Source: Escherichia coli
GTDB taxonomy: Bacteria; Pseudomonadota; Gammaproteobacteria; Enterobacterales; Enterobacteriaceae
NCBI RefSeq assembly: GCF_013315695.1
Contig: NZ_CP054353.1
Reading direction: 5' to 3' (one strand)
Length of the DNA stretch: 64,000 nucleotides
Shown here: piece after piece, positions 14,088 to 29,474 of the stretch
Numbering within the stretch: position 1 is the first letter of the stretch
Layout of the letters: the number at the start of each line of letters is the position of its first letter
The notes under the pieces: generated by a model
What the model was told of the DNA's origin: nothing
Seen by the model: the letters and a program-made list of their open reading frames with translations, nothing else
Database searches by the model: none
Position numbers and translations under genes: made by a program

Positions 14088-14117
14088 CAACCCCGTCCTG
14101 TACGGGGTTTGTTTTTT
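14088..14117 (+). terminator. pssA rho-independent terminator
   Basis: aaccccgt-cctg-tacggggtt followed by T-run. Confidence 0.6.
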
Positions 14118-14129
14118 GGAGGCCACGTT

Positions 14130-14453
14130 TTGCGTATTCTTTTTGTCTGTTCGCTATTGTTACTTTCTGGATGCAGCCATATGGCTAACGATAGCTGGAG
14201 CGGGCAGGATAAAGCTCAACACTTTATCGCCTCGGCGATGCTTTCCGCCGCCGGAAATGAATATTCACAGCATCAGGGGATGAGCCGGGATCGCAGTGCC
14301 ATGTTTGGATTGATGTTCTCTGTCAGTTTGGGGGCGTCAAAAGAGCTTTGGGATAGCCGCCCCGAAGGGAGCGGCTGGAGCTGGAAGGATTTGGCCTGGG
14401 ATGTCGCAGGTGCAAGCACCGGCTATACCGTCTGGCAACTGACCCGTCACTAA
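14130..14453 (+). CDS. yfiM: Small lipoprotein YfiM
   Basis: TTG start after GGAGG RBS; signal peptide with lipobox LLSGC; 107 aa. Confidence 0.8.
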
Positions 14454-15748
14454 AGACGCATCCCCTTCCCTTTGCGATGTAGCATCAAAGAAACCAGAAA
14501 CGCCACCACGGCCATCAAGGTCACATACCAGAAGAAGGCTGTTTCCATTCCTATTGATTTCAGCGACAACGCTACGTACTCCGCCGAACCACCAAATATA
14601 GCATTAGCGACCGCATATGACAGACCAACGCCTAATGCGCGAACCTGTGCCGGGAACATCTCAGCCTTCAGTATTCCACTGATTGATGTATAAAAACTCA
14701 CTATCAGCAGGGCACACATCACCAGACCAAAAGCGGCATAAGGCGAGGAAACGTTTTGCAATGCTGAGAGAATAGGAACGGTAAAAATGGCTGCCAGCGA
14801 ACCGAAACATAACATTGAGGTACGGCGACCAATCTTATCCGACAGCGCGCCAATGAGTGGTTGAATAAGCATGAATACAAACAATGCGGCAGTCATAATG
14901 CCACTCGCCACGTTGGCATGCATTCCCGCAGTATTTACCAGATACTTCTGCATATAAGTGGTGAAGGTATAGAAACAAAGGGAGCCCGCAGCGGTAAAAC
15001 CGAGAACCATGATGAATGCACGGCGATTGCGCCATAATCCTTTCAGAGATCCAGCTTCTTTTAAAGCGCGCGTTTCTTGTTGTGAAGTTTCATCTAACTG
15101 ACGACGTAACCACAACGCCACAACAGCTAACACAGCTCCTAACGCGAAAGGAATACGCCATCCCCACTCTCTGAGTGCAGCGTCTTCCATGGTGTGTTGT
15201 AAAACCACGACAACCAGTAGAGCTAGCAGTTGCCCGCCGATCAACGTCACATACTGAAATGATGCGTAAAAACCTTTGCGCCCTTCAACGGCAACTTCAC
15301 TCATATAGGTGGCGCTGGTGCCATATTCTCCGCCAACGGATAATCCCTGGAATAAACGAGCAAGAAGCAATAATGCCGGAGCCCAGGTACCGATTGTTTC
15401 GTAGCCTGGCAAACAGGCGATAACCAGTGAGCCGAAACACATCATACACACCGATAATAGCATCGATTTTTTGCGACCATGTTTATCGGCTATGCGGCCA
15501 AATAGCCAACCGCCTATTGGGCGCATCAGAAATCCCGCAGCAAAAACACCTGCTGTTTGTAGTAGTTGAGTCGTCGTGTTCCCGGAAGGGAAGAAGATGT
15601 GGGCAAAGTAGAGTGAACAGAACGAGTAGACATAGAAATCGAACCACTCGACCAGATTACCTGAAGAGGCCCCCACAATCGCCCAAATGCGGCGACGAGT
15701 ATCACTACTTGTCAGTTTTCTGTCTGCCGTTACAGTACTTTCAGCCAT
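14450..15748 (-). CDS. kgtP: Alpha-ketoglutarate:H+ symporter (MFS)
   Basis: 432-aa 12-TM MFS ORF matching remembered KgtP. Confidence 0.95.
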
Positions 15749-16030
15749 GCCATTATGTCTCCTGCCGTAATCCGATGCTTTTGTCGGTCACTTTTGTTTA
15801 TTTCTTTTGGTAAAGAAAATGTTATGCATTTGTTGCGTATCATTATGCAACCTTAACCATGAATTTAGTTAGCAGGAAAATGGTTATTGAGGAGCTTAAG
15901 GATAAATTTCTGGTAAGGAGGACACGTATGGAAGTAGGCAAGTTGGGGAAACCGTATCCGTTGCTGAATCTGGCATATGTGGGAGTATAAGACGCGCAGC
16001 ATCGCATCAGGCATTTTTTTCTGCACCAAT

Positions 16031-16062
16031 GCAAAAAGGCCATCCTGACGGATGGCCTTCTG
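16031..16062 (-). terminator. rRNA operon terminator downstream of 5S rRNA
   Basis: Minus-strand hairpin aaggccatcc-gtca-ggatggcctt followed by U-run. Confidence 0.7.
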
Positions 16063-16071
16063 CTTAATTTG

Positions 16072-16191
16072 ATGCCTGGCAGTTCCCTACTCTCGCATGG
16101 GGAGACCCCACACTACCATCGGCGCTACGGCGTTTCACTTCTGAGTTCGGCATGGGGTCAGGTGGGACCACCGCGCTAAGGCCGCCAGGCA
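16072..16191 (-). rRNA. rrfG: 5S ribosomal RNA
   Basis: 120-nt match (reverse complement) to E. coli 5S rRNA; tgcctggcggcc...gggaactgccaggcat. Confidence 0.95.
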
Positions 16192-16285
16192 AATTCTGTT
16201 TATCAGACCACTTCTGCGTTCTGATTTAATCTGTTATCAAGCTTACTTATCGATGTCTCTTCCGCCAAAACATCTTCGGCGTTGT

Positions 16286-19189
<2,904 letters not shown>

Positions 19190-19383
19190 TCACAACCCGA
19201 AGATGTTTCTTTCGACTCATCATCGTGTTGCGAAAATTTGAGAGACTCACGAACAACTTTCGTTGTTCAGTGTTTCAATTTTCAGCTTGATCCAGATTTT
19301 TAAAGAGCAAATATCTTAAACATGACTCGTAAGTCATCTTTAACGATATTAAGGTCGGTGACTTTCACTCACAAACCAGCAAG

Positions 19384-19459
19384 TGGCGTCCCCTAGGGGA
19401 TTCGAACCCCTGTTACCGCCGTGAAAGGGCGGTGTCCTGGGCCTCTAGACGAAGGGGAC
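19384..19459 (-). tRNA. gltW: tRNA-Glu (anticodon UUC) in 16S-23S spacer
   Basis: Reverse complement matches GTCCCCTTCGTCTAGAGGCCCAGGACACCGCCCTTTCACGGCGGTAACAGGGGTTCGAATCCCCTAGGGGACGCCA. Confidence 0.95.
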
Positions 19460-19544
19460 GTATCAGTCTGCTTCGCAAGACGCCTTGCTTTTCACTTTCT
19501 ATCAGACAATCTGTGTGAGCACTTCAAAGTACGCTTCTTTAAGG

Positions 19545-21086
<1,542 letters not shown>

Positions 21087-21210
21087 AAAAGTTTGATGCT
21101 CAAAGAATTAAACTTCGTAATGAATTACGTGTTCACTCTTGAGACTTGGTATTCATTTTTCGTCTTGCGACGTTAAGAATCCGTATCTTCGAGTGCCCAC
21201 ACAGATTGTC

Positions 21211-21230
21211 TGATAAATTGTTAAAGAGCA
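21211..21230 (-). promoter_or_regulatory. rrn leader boxA antitermination element
   Basis: Reverse complement reads TGCTCTTTAACAATTTATCA. Confidence 0.7.
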
Positions 21231-21259
21231 GTGCCGCTTCGCTTTTTCTCAGCGGCGCG

Positions 21260-21296
21260 GGGTGTGCATAATACGCTTTCCCGCTACAGAGTCAAG
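21260..21296 (-). promoter_or_regulatory. rRNA operon P2 promoter
   Basis: Minus-strand -35 TTGACT and -10 TATTAT with 16-bp spacer. Confidence 0.7.
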
Positions 21297-21374
21297 CATT
21301 TATTTTTGCTTTCTCTGCCGGAATTCTCAGGAGAACCCCGCTGACCCGGCGGCGTGTTTGCCGTTGTTCCGTGT

Positions 21375-21440
21375 CAGTGGTGGCGCATTATAGGGAGTTA
21401 TTCCGGCCTGACAAGAGGAAAATATAAAAACTTTATCGTT
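21375..21440 (-). promoter_or_regulatory. rRNA operon P1 promoter with A/T-rich UP element
   Basis: Minus-strand -35 TTGTCA (21409-21414), 16-bp spacer, -10 TATAAT (21387-21392); A/T-rich upstream. Confidence 0.75.
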
Positions 21441-21497
21441 CGCTCATTTTTCAGGCAAAACATCTTAAATATAGTCTTTCCCGTCTAACTTATAGAC

Positions 21498-21526
21498 AAA
21501 AACGAGCCCCGAAGGGCTCGTTTTAT
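21498..21526 (-). terminator. clpB rho-independent terminator
   Basis: Minus-strand hairpin acgagccc-ttcg-gggctcgt followed by U-run. Confidence 0.7.
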
Positions 21527-21529
21527 CAT

Positions 21530-24103
21530 TTACTGGACGGCGACAATCCGGTCTTCATTAACTTCCAGGCGAATCACTTTACCCGGAACCAATTCACCAG
21601 ACAGTATTTGCTGTGCCAGCGGGTTTTCGATCTGCTGCTGAATTGCACGTTTCAGAGGACGTGCACCATAGACCGGATCGTAACCGTTCTCGCTCAGCAG
21701 TTTCAGCGCCTCGTCAGAAATGTGGATTTCATAACCACGTTCTTCCAGACGTTTATACAGACGTTTCAACTGAATCTGCGCAATCGACGCAATGTGCTGT
21801 TCACCCAGCGGATGGAAGACCACCACTTCATCGATACGGTTAATGAATTCCGGACGGAAGTTATGGCTTACCACACCGAGCACCAGCTCTTTCATGTGCG
21901 CATAATCCAGTTCACCGAAGCGTTCCTGAATCAAATCGGAACCGAGGTTAGAGGTCATAATGACAACCGTATTACGGAAGTCGACCGTTCTCCCCTGCCC
22001 GTCAGTCAGACGCCCATCATCCAATACCTGCAACAGAATGTTGAAGACATCCGGATGCGCTTTTTCCACTTCATCCAGCAGGATGACGGAATACGGACGA
22101 CGACGCACCGCTTCGGTCAGGTAGCCACCTTCTTCATAACCGACATATCCCGGAGGCGCACCAACCAGACGAGACACCGAGTGTTTCTCCATAAACTCGG
22201 ACATATCGATACGGACCATCGCCTCGTCGCTATCAAACATAAAGTTCGCCAGCGCCTTACAAAGCTCAGTTTTCCCCACACCCGTTGGGCCGAGGAACAG
22301 GAATGAACCAATCGGGCGATTTGGATCCGCCAGCCCCGCACGGCTACGACGAATAGCGTTAGATACCGCATCAACCGCTTCGTTCTGACCAATAACGCGA
22401 TGGTGCAGTTCTTGCTCCATACGCAGCAGTTTTTCGCGCTCGCTTTCCATCATGCGAGAAACCGGAATCCCCGTCCAACGCGCCAGCACTTCAGCAATTT
22501 CGGCATCGGTCACTTTATTACGCAACAGACGCATAGTTTTGCCTTCGAGCTGCGTTGCGGCTTCCAGTTGCTTTTCCAGTTCCGGGATTTTGCCGTATTG
22601 CAGTTCAGACATCCGCGCCAGGTCACCCACACGGCGAGCCTGTTCAATAGCGATTTTCGCCTGTTCCAGTTCCGCTTTAATGGTCTGCGTACCAGAAAGC
22701 GATGCTTTCTCTGCTTTCCACTCTTCTTCTAACTCGGAGTACTGACGTTCTTTGTCGCTCAGTTCTTCGTTGAGCATATCCAGGCGTTTTTTACTGGCTT
22801 CATCAGACTCTTTCATTAACGCCTGTTGTTCCAGTTTGAGCTGGATGATACGGCGATCGAGTCGGTCGAGTTCTTCTGGTTTTGAGTCAATCTGCATACG
22901 AATGCTGGATGCTGCTTCATCGATCAGGTCGATGGCTTTATCTGGCAGCTGACGGTCAGCAATGTAGCGATGAGACAACGTCGCCGCTGCAACAATTGCC
23001 GGGTCAGTAATTTGCACATGGTGGTGCAATTCGTAACGTTCTTTCAGGCCACGCAGAATCGCAATGGTATCTTCAACAGAAGGCTCGGCAACAAACACTT
23101 TTTGGAAACGACGTTCCAGCGCAGCATCTTTTTCGATGTACTGGCGATATTCGTCAAGCGTCGTGGCACCTACGCAGTGCAATTCACCACGCGCCAGCGC
23201 CGGTTTCAGCATGTTTCCGGCGTCCATTGCGCCATCGGCTTTACCCGCGCCGACCATGGTATGTAATTCGTCGATAAACAGGATGACGTTGCCTTCCTGT
23301 TTGGCAAGATCGTTAAGTACGCCTTTTAAACGTTCTTCAAACTCACCGCGATATTTCGCCCCAGCCACCAGCGCGCCCATATCCAGCGCCAGTACGCGGC
23401 GGCCTTTCAACCCTTCGGGCACTTCGCCGTTGATAATACGCTGCGCCAGACCTTCAACGATGGCAGTCTTACCGACGCCGGGTTCACCAATCAGTACCGG
23501 GTTATTTTTAGTACGACGTTGCAGCACCTGAATGGTACGGCGAATTTCTTCATCACGACCAATCACCGGATCGAGTTTACCCTGTTCGGCTCGTTCGGTA
23601 AGGTCGATGGTATATTTTTTCAAAGCCTGACGTTGGTCTTCAGCACCTTGATCGTTCACGCTTTCACCTCCACGCATTTGTTCAATCGCTTGAGTAATGT
23701 TGGCGGTGGTCGCCCCTGCTGCTTTCAGGATGTCGGCCAGCGTGCCGCGAGACTCAAGTGCCGCCAGAACGAACAGTTCTGACGAGATAAAGTTATCACC
23801 ACGTTTTTGCGCCAGCTTGTCGCAAAGATTAAGAACGCGCACCAGATCCTGTGATGGCTGGACATCACCACCAGTACCTTCAACCTGCGGTAAACGATTT
23901 AATGCCTGATTGATATCTGTGCGCAACTGGCCAGCATTTATGCCAGCGGATGTTAATAAAGGACTAACCGAACCCCCTTCCTGATTCAGCAGGGCGCTCA
24001 TTAAATGAAGTGGTTCGATGAATTGGTTGTCGTGCCCGAGTGCAAGTGATTGGGCATCGGCAAGAGCAAGCTGGAATTTATTAGTAAGACGATCCAGACG
24101 CAT
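21530..24103 (-). CDS. clpB: Hsp100 disaggregase ClpB
   Basis: 857 aa from [11 protein letters not shown]; two AAA+ modules with Walker A GEPGVGKT and GPTGVGKT; coiled-coil middle domain. Confidence 0.95.
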
Positions 24104-24139
24104 AACTCCTCCCATAACGGATCAAAGTTGCTACTGGAG

Positions 24140-24172
24140 ATTAAATGAGGTCATCCCTCAATTATTCAAGGT
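24140..24172 (-). promoter_or_regulatory. Putative sigma-32 heat-shock promoter of clpB
   Basis: Minus-strand CTTGAAT -N14- CCTCATTTA resembling sigma-32 consensus CTTGAAA-N13-15-CCCCATNT. Confidence 0.55.
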
Positions 24173-24232
24173 TATTGACCAGATTAATGTGAAAAGAAAA
24201 TCACGCGTACCGGATCGTCTTGATTCTTTAGG

Positions 24233-24964
24233 TTATATCAGCCAAATGAAACTTGCCATACGACCGGTGGTCTTGTCGCGACGATAAGAGAAGAAAGTCT
24301 CATTTTCCGTATATGTACAACGGCCGCCGCCGAAAATTTGTTCAACGCCAACGCTCGCCAGACGCTGTCGGGCAAGGAGATAAATATCCGCCAGATACTT
24401 ATCACCATGCTGAATGAAAGCTGTACTCGCTTTGGCGTCTACTGCCATAAACGCCTCGCGAACCTCCGCCCCCACTTCAAACGCGCGTGGACCAATTGCC
24501 GGCCCTAACCAGGCGAGAATATTTTCCGGATTATCAGCAAAACAAGAAACCGTCTCTTCCAGCACGCCAGAACACAGCCCGCGCCAGCCTGCATGAGCGG
24601 CGGCAACTTCCGTTCCCGTACGATTGCAAAACAGCACAGGGAGGCAGTCAGCCGTCATCACTGCGCAAACCGTGCCGGGCGTATTGCTATAAGAGGCATC
24701 AGCTCGTTTTGAGGCATAAGGTTCGCCAGTAAGCTTAAGCACATCTTTGCCGTGTACCTGCTCAAGCCAGACCGGTTTTGAAGGCAAATTGCCCGCAGCA
24801 AAAAGTCGCTTGCGATTCTCTTCAACGTGATCCGGGTTATCGCCACAATGGGCACCGAGGTTGAGCGAGTCATACGGGGGCAAGCTCACGCCGCCGATAC
24901 GAGTAGAGCTACAAGCCGCAACACCTTTTGGCAGCGGCCACTGCGGGACAATCAGCTTACTCAT
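24233..24964 (-). CDS. pgeF: Peptidoglycan editing factor / purine nucleoside phosphorylase-like YfiH family protein
   Basis: 243-aa ORF matching remembered YfiH; overlaps rluD stop (operon). Confidence 0.9.
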   Translation of the reverse strand: MSKLIVPQWPLPKGVAACSSTRIGGVSLPPYDSLNLGAHCGDNPDHVEENRKRLFAAGNLPSKPVWLEQVHGKDVLKLTGEPYASKRADASYSNTPGTVCAVMTADCLPVLFCNRTGTEVAAAHAGWRGLCSGVLEETVSCFADNPENILAWLGPAIGPRAFEVGAEVREAFMAVDAKASTAFIQHGDKYLADIYLLARQRLASVGVEQIFGGGRCTYTENETFFSYRRDKTTGRMASFIWLI

Positions 24965-25941
24965 AACCAGTCCACTTCATCTTTATGCTCTTCGAAATCG
25001 GCGCGCATCACCTCAATCAGCTCCACCATATCTTGTGGAATAGGCGCATGCCATTCCATTTCGATACCGGAGATCGGGTGATAAAGACGCAGCATGGTTG
25101 CATGAAGCGCCTGGCGGTCAAATTTACGCAGCGTGGAGATAAACGCTTCCGAAGCACCTTTTGGCGGACGCGGACGGCCACCATAAACCGGATCGCCCAC
25201 CAGCGGATGAGTGATATGGGCCATATGCACGCGGATCTGGTGCGTACGTCCAGTTTCCAGACGCAACCGCAGACGCGTGTGCACACGGAAGTGTTCCATG
25301 ATGCGATAGTGAGTCACCGCTGGTTTGCCCATCGGATGCACCGCCATGTGAGTACGTTTGGTCGGGTGGCGACTGATTGGCTCATCCACCGTACCACCAG
25401 CGGTCATATGACCAATTGCGACAGCTTCATACTCACGAGTAATTTCACGCCGTTGCAAAGATTCGACTAAACGCGTCTGAGCCGGAACGGTTTTTGCCAC
25501 AACCATCAGGCCAGTGGTGTCTTTATCCAGACGATGGACGATGCCCGCACGCGGTACATCGGCAATGGGCGGATAATAATGAAGCAATGCATTCAGTACC
25601 GTGCCATCCGGGTTACCCGCGCCAGGATGTACCACCAGGTCGCGTGGTTTATTAATGACGATGATATCTTCATCTTCATAGACGATATCCAGCGGGATAT
25701 CCTGCGGTTCAAAACGCGCTTCTTCTTCAATCTCAGCGTTGATGGCCACCTGCTCGCCACCCAATACTTTTTCTTTCGGCTTATCACAAACTTTGCCGTT
25801 AACCAGCACGCGCTGGTCGAGGATCCATTCTTTTATCCGCGAACGTGAATAATCCGGGAACATTTCGGCCAAAGCCTGATCTAAGCGTTGACCGAGTTGG
25901 TTTTCGGACACCGTTGCAGTGAGCTGTACTCGTTGTGCCAT
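24961..25941 (-). CDS. rluD: 23S rRNA pseudouridine synthase D
   Basis: 326 aa; S4 domain N-terminus and RluA-family catalytic motif HRLDKDTTG. Confidence 0.95.
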   Translation of the reverse strand: MAQRVQLTATVSENQLGQRLDQALAEMFPDYSRSRIKEWILDQRVLVNGKVCDKPKEKVLGGEQVAINAEIEEEARFEPQDIPLDIVYEDEDIIVINKPRDLVVHPGAGNPDGTVLNALLHYYPPIADVPRAGIVHRLDKDTTGLMVVAKTVPAQTRLVESLQRREITREYEAVAIGHMTAGGTVDEPISRHPTKRTHMAVHPMGKPAVTHYRIMEHFRVHTRLRLRLETGRTHQIRVHMAHITHPLVGDPVYGGRPRPPKGASEAFISTLRKFDRQALHATMLRLYHPISGIEMEWHAPIPQDMVELIEVMRADFEEHKDEVDWL

Positions 25942-26075
25942 ATATACTGCTTCTTCGTTTATCGTTGGGGTTTTACGGCTTTGCCGTTTAATATAGTGTG
26001 CTATTGTAGCTGGTCTTAACCGGGAGCAGGAACAGAGAATCTCCCGTATTACATTTTGAGGAAAGTCAAAACGTC

Positions 26076-26813
26076 ATGACGCGCATGAAATATCTGGTGG
26101 CAGCCGCCACACTAAGCCTGTTTTTGGCGGGTTGCTCGGGGTCAAAGGAAGAAGTACCTGATAATCCGCCAAATGAAATTTACGCGACTGCACAACAAAA
26201 GCTGCAGGACGGTAACTGGAGACAGGCAATAACGCAACTGGAAGCGTTAGATAATCGCTATCCGTTTGGTCCGTATTCGCAGCAGGTGCAGCTGGATCTC
26301 ATCTACGCCTACTATAAAAACGCCGATTTGCCGTTAGCACAGGCTGCCATCGATCGTTTTATTCGCCTTAACCCGACCCATCCGAATATCGATTATGTCA
26401 TGTACATGCGTGGCCTGACCAATATGGCGCTGGATGACAGTGCGCTGCAAGGGTTCTTTGGCGTTGACCGTAGCGATCGCGATCCTCAACATGCACGAGC
26501 TGCGTTTAGTGACTTTTCCAAACTGGTGCGCGGCTATCCGAACAGTCAGTACACCACCGATGCCACCAAACGTCTGGTATTCCTGAAAGATCGTCTGGCG
26601 AAATATGAATACTCCGTTGCCGAGTACTATACAGAACGTGGTGCATGGGTTGCCGTCGTTAACCGCGTAGAAGGCATGTTGCGCGACTACCCGGATACCC
26701 AGGCTACGCGTGATGCGCTGCCGCTGATGGAAAATGCATACCGTCAGATGCAGATGAATGCGCAAGCTGAAAAAGTAGCGAAAATCATCGCTGCAAACAG
26801 CAGCAATACATAA
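26076..26813 (+). CDS. bamD: Outer membrane protein assembly factor BamD (TPR lipoprotein)
   Basis: 245 aa; lipoprotein signal LFLAGCSG; TPR-like repeats. Confidence 0.95.
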
Positions 26814-26850
26814 CAAAAACCTGAAACACAAAACGGCAGCCCTTGAGCTG

Positions 26851-28276
26851 TAATGCCGATCAGTTAAGGATCAGTTGACCGATCCAGTGGCTGTGTAAGA
26901 ATCCGGAAACGCTCACTTGTTTCCGGATTTTTTTATGCACATTGGACAGGCTCTTGATCTGGTATCCCGTTACGATTCTCTGCGTAACCCACTGACTTCT
27001 CTGGGGGATTACCTCGACCCCGAACTCATCTCTCGTTGCCTTGCCGAATCAGGTACTGTAACGCTACGCAAGCGCCGTCTTCCCCTCGAAATGATGGTCT
27101 GGTGTATTGTTGGCATGGCGCTTGAGCGTAAAGAACCTCTTCACCAGATTGTGAATCGCCTGGACATCATGCTGCCGGGCAATCGCCCCTTCGTTGCCCC
27201 CAGTGCCGTTATTCAGGCCCGCCAGCGCCTGGGAAGTGAGGCTGTCCGCCGCGTGTTCACGAAAACAGCGCAGCTCTGGCATAACGCCACGCCGCATCCG
27301 CACTGGTGCGGCCTGACCCTGCTGGCCATCGATGGTGTGTTCTGGCGCACACCGGATACACCAGAGAACGATGCAGCCTTCCCCCGCCAGACACATGCCG
27401 GGAACCCGGCGCTCTACCCGCAGGTCAAAATGGTCTGCCAGATGGAACTGACCAGCCATCTGCTGACGGCTGCAGCCTTCGGCACGATGAAGAACAGCGA
27501 AAATGAGCTTGCTGAGCAACTTATAGAACAAACCGGCGATAACACTCTGACGTTAATGGATAAAGGTTATTACTCACTGGGACTGTTAAATGCCTGGAGC
27601 CTGGCGGGAGAACACCGCCACTGGATGATACCTCTCAGAAAGGGAGCGCAATATGAAGAGATCAGAAAACTGGGTAAAGGCGATCATCTGGTGAAGCTGA
27701 AAACCAGCCCGCAGGCACGAAAAAAGTGGCCGGGACTGGGAAATGAAGTGACAGCCCGCCTGCTGACCGTGACGCGCAAAGGAAAAGTCTGCCATCTGCT
27801 GACGTCGATGACGGACGCCATGCGCTTCCCCGGAGGAGAAATGGCGGATCTGTACAGTCATCGCTGGGAAATCGAACTGGGATACAGGGAGATAAAACAG
27901 ACGATGCAACTGAGCAGGCTGACGCTGAGAAGTAAAAAACCGGAGCTTGTGGAGCAAGAGCTGTGGGGTGTCTTACTGGCTTATAATCTGGTGAGATATC
28001 AGATGATTAAAATGGCGGAACATCTGAAAGGTTACTGGCCGAATCAACTGAGTTTCTCAGAATCATGCGGAATGGTGATGAGAATGCTGATGACATTGCA
28101 GGGCGCTTCACCGGGACGTATACCGGAGCTGATGCGCGATCTTGCAAGTATGGGACAACTTGTGAAATTACCGACAAGAAGGGAAAGGGCCTTCCCGAGA
28201 GTGGTAAAGGAGAGGCCCTGGAAATACCCCACAGCCCCGAAAAAGAGCCAGTCAGTTGCTTAACTGACTGGCATTA
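26851..28276 (+). mobile_element. Insertion sequence IS4 (1426 bp) with imperfect terminal inverted repeats
   Basis: Left end taatgccgatcagttaagg, right end gcttaactgactggcatta; single transposase ORF; length matches IS4; no flanking direct repeat. Confidence 0.9.
26935..28263 (+). CDS. insG: IS4 transposase (DDE)
   Basis: 442 aa from [14 protein letters not shown]; matches remembered IS4 transposase. Confidence 0.9.
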   Translation: MHIGQALDLVSRYDSLRNPLTSLGDYLDPELISRCLAESGTVTLRKRRLPLEMMVWCIVGMALERKEPLHQIVNRLDIMLPGNRPFVAPSAVIQARQRLGSEAVRRVFTKTAQLWHNATPHPHWCGLTLLAIDGVFWRTPDTPENDAAFPRQTHAGNPALYPQVKMVCQMELTSHLLTAAAFGTMKNSENELAEQLIEQTGDNTLTLMDKGYYSLGLLNAWSLAGEHRHWMIPLRKGAQYEEIRKLGKGDHLVKLKTSPQARKKWPGLGNEVTARLLTVTRKGKVCHLLTSMTDAMRFPGGEMADLYSHRWEIELGYREIKQTMQLSRLTLRSKKPELVEQELWGVLLAYNLVRYQMIKMAEHLKGYWPNQLSFSESCGMVMRMLMTLQGASPGRIPELMRDLASMGQLVKLPTRRERAFPRVVKERPWKYPTAPKKSQSVA

Positions 28277-28303
28277 CAGCCTTCGGGCTGGCATTTTTTA
28301 TGG
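28277..28303 (+). terminator. Orphan plus-strand hairpin + T-tract abutting IS4 right end (likely terminator of an absent rightward-reading gene, eno in K-12 order)
   Basis: cagcc-ttcg-ggctg followed by gcatttttta; no plus-strand gene upstream in window. Confidence 0.4.
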
Positions 28304-28308
28304 TTGAG

Positions 28309-29181
28309 TTACCAGCGACCGGACGCGCCGCCACCGCCAGAAGAACCGCCCCCGCCGCTAAATCCGCCGCCACTTGAGCCGCCACCGGAACCGCTGTTGT
28401 CTGAATGATAACTTCTACCAGATGCTTTTTTCTGAAGTACACATAAACAGGTAAAGACCATAATGGTGGTGAAAGTAAAAAAGAAGAAAAATACAGCAAT
28501 GGAAAAAGTTTTATCGGAGAACAGGAATAAATCTAAAAGATAGATTGCTGAAATACAGACACTGCTTTTACATGCGCGACAAAAATTACTGCCTTGATGA
28601 AAAAACCAGAAAGGGAAGAACATCACTGCAAATACCCAAAAAATAGCAAAGTAATAATGATCACTGGAAGACGCTGATTCAATTTCTGAAGGATTAGCCG
28701 GATATTGGTGTTGTGAAGTGAGTTGGTTATTCAAAGCGTTTATAGCTAGCTCTAATCCCTGAGCTAATTTTTGTTGTTTAAATGCGGGTATCATGTTGCT
28801 ACGGATGATATCTCCAGCCAGAGCATCGGTTACCTTTTCTTCCAGCCCATAACCTACCTGGATGCGGACAGTGCGATCCGACCAGGCAACAATGATCAGT
28901 ATCCCATCATTGCGTTTGGCATCTCCTAAACGCCAATTGTTAAAAACCCTTGTAGCATATTGTTCAATTGTCTCGTCTTTGGTTGTGGGAATAATTAATA
29001 CAGCAATTTGTACTTGGGTATTATTGAAAATAGATTCTAACTTCCGCGTCAGTTCTTTCTTTTCTTGTGAGTTTAAGCTACTCGTAAGATCCGTAACTTG
29101 TTGCTGTAATTGTGGGACAATAGTTGGTTGGGCTGCAACAAAGGAACACACGAATGTGAATATTAGTATGAAATAGCGCAT
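28309..29181 (-). CDS. ygcG: TPM-domain (YgcG-family) membrane protein with Gly/Ser-rich C-terminal tail
   Basis: 290 aa from [19 protein letters not shown] (signal peptide); TM segment; C-terminal [23 protein letters not shown] tail. Confidence 0.8.
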   Translation of the reverse strand: MRYFILIFTFVCSFVAAQPTIVPQLQQQVTDLTSSLNSQEKKELTRKLESIFNNTQVQIAVLIIPTTKDETIEQYATRVFNNWRLGDAKRNDGILIIVAWSDRTVRIQVGYGLEEKVTDALAGDIIRSNMIPAFKQQKLAQGLELAINALNNQLTSQHQYPANPSEIESASSSDHYYFAIFWVFAVMFFPFWFFHQGSNFCRACKSSVCISAIYLLDLFLFSDKTFSIAVFFFFFTFTTIMVFTCLCVLQKKASGRSYHSDNSGSGGGSSGGGFSGGGGSSGGGGASGRW

Positions 29182-29474
29182 TATAAATGTCCCATTAAAG
29201 CTGGATAAATAAATTGACGGCGGCATCGGTAATTTGAGATTCGTTATAATTAAAAACGAACACAGAAAAAATAAGTATAATTTCGGTGAATGTTTTTGAC
29301 ATGATTAAATCCCTTTACTTTATTTATTTCTGACATAATACGTTACTTCCTTTTATTATTAACGATCTGTTTCTCATTTTTCTTTAAACCTGCCTGTAAC
29401 AGAATGTTAATAAGACATGATTGTTGTGGCAGGATCTGCAATAATTAACAATTATCCACTTCACAGAGAATGCT

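Noticed and set aside
21608-23909. Plus-strand ORFs up to 232 aa antisense to clpB
   Set aside because: Shadow frames opposite a confidently identified, highly conserved gene; no RBS or independent domain signal.
24104-24232. Possible small RNA (ryfD-like) in the clpB upstream region
   Set aside because: I recall an sRNA annotated near clpB in K-12 but cannot place its ends or strand from sequence alone; the region is explained by the clpB heat-shock promoter and 5' UTR.
26840-28290. Search for an 11-13 bp IS4 target-site duplication, including inverted copies
   Set aside because: Flanks gcccttgagctg and cagccttcgggc are neither direct nor exact inverted repeats (RC of right flank gcccgaaggctg is only similar), so a simple insertion was not supported; reported as a rearrangement junction instead.
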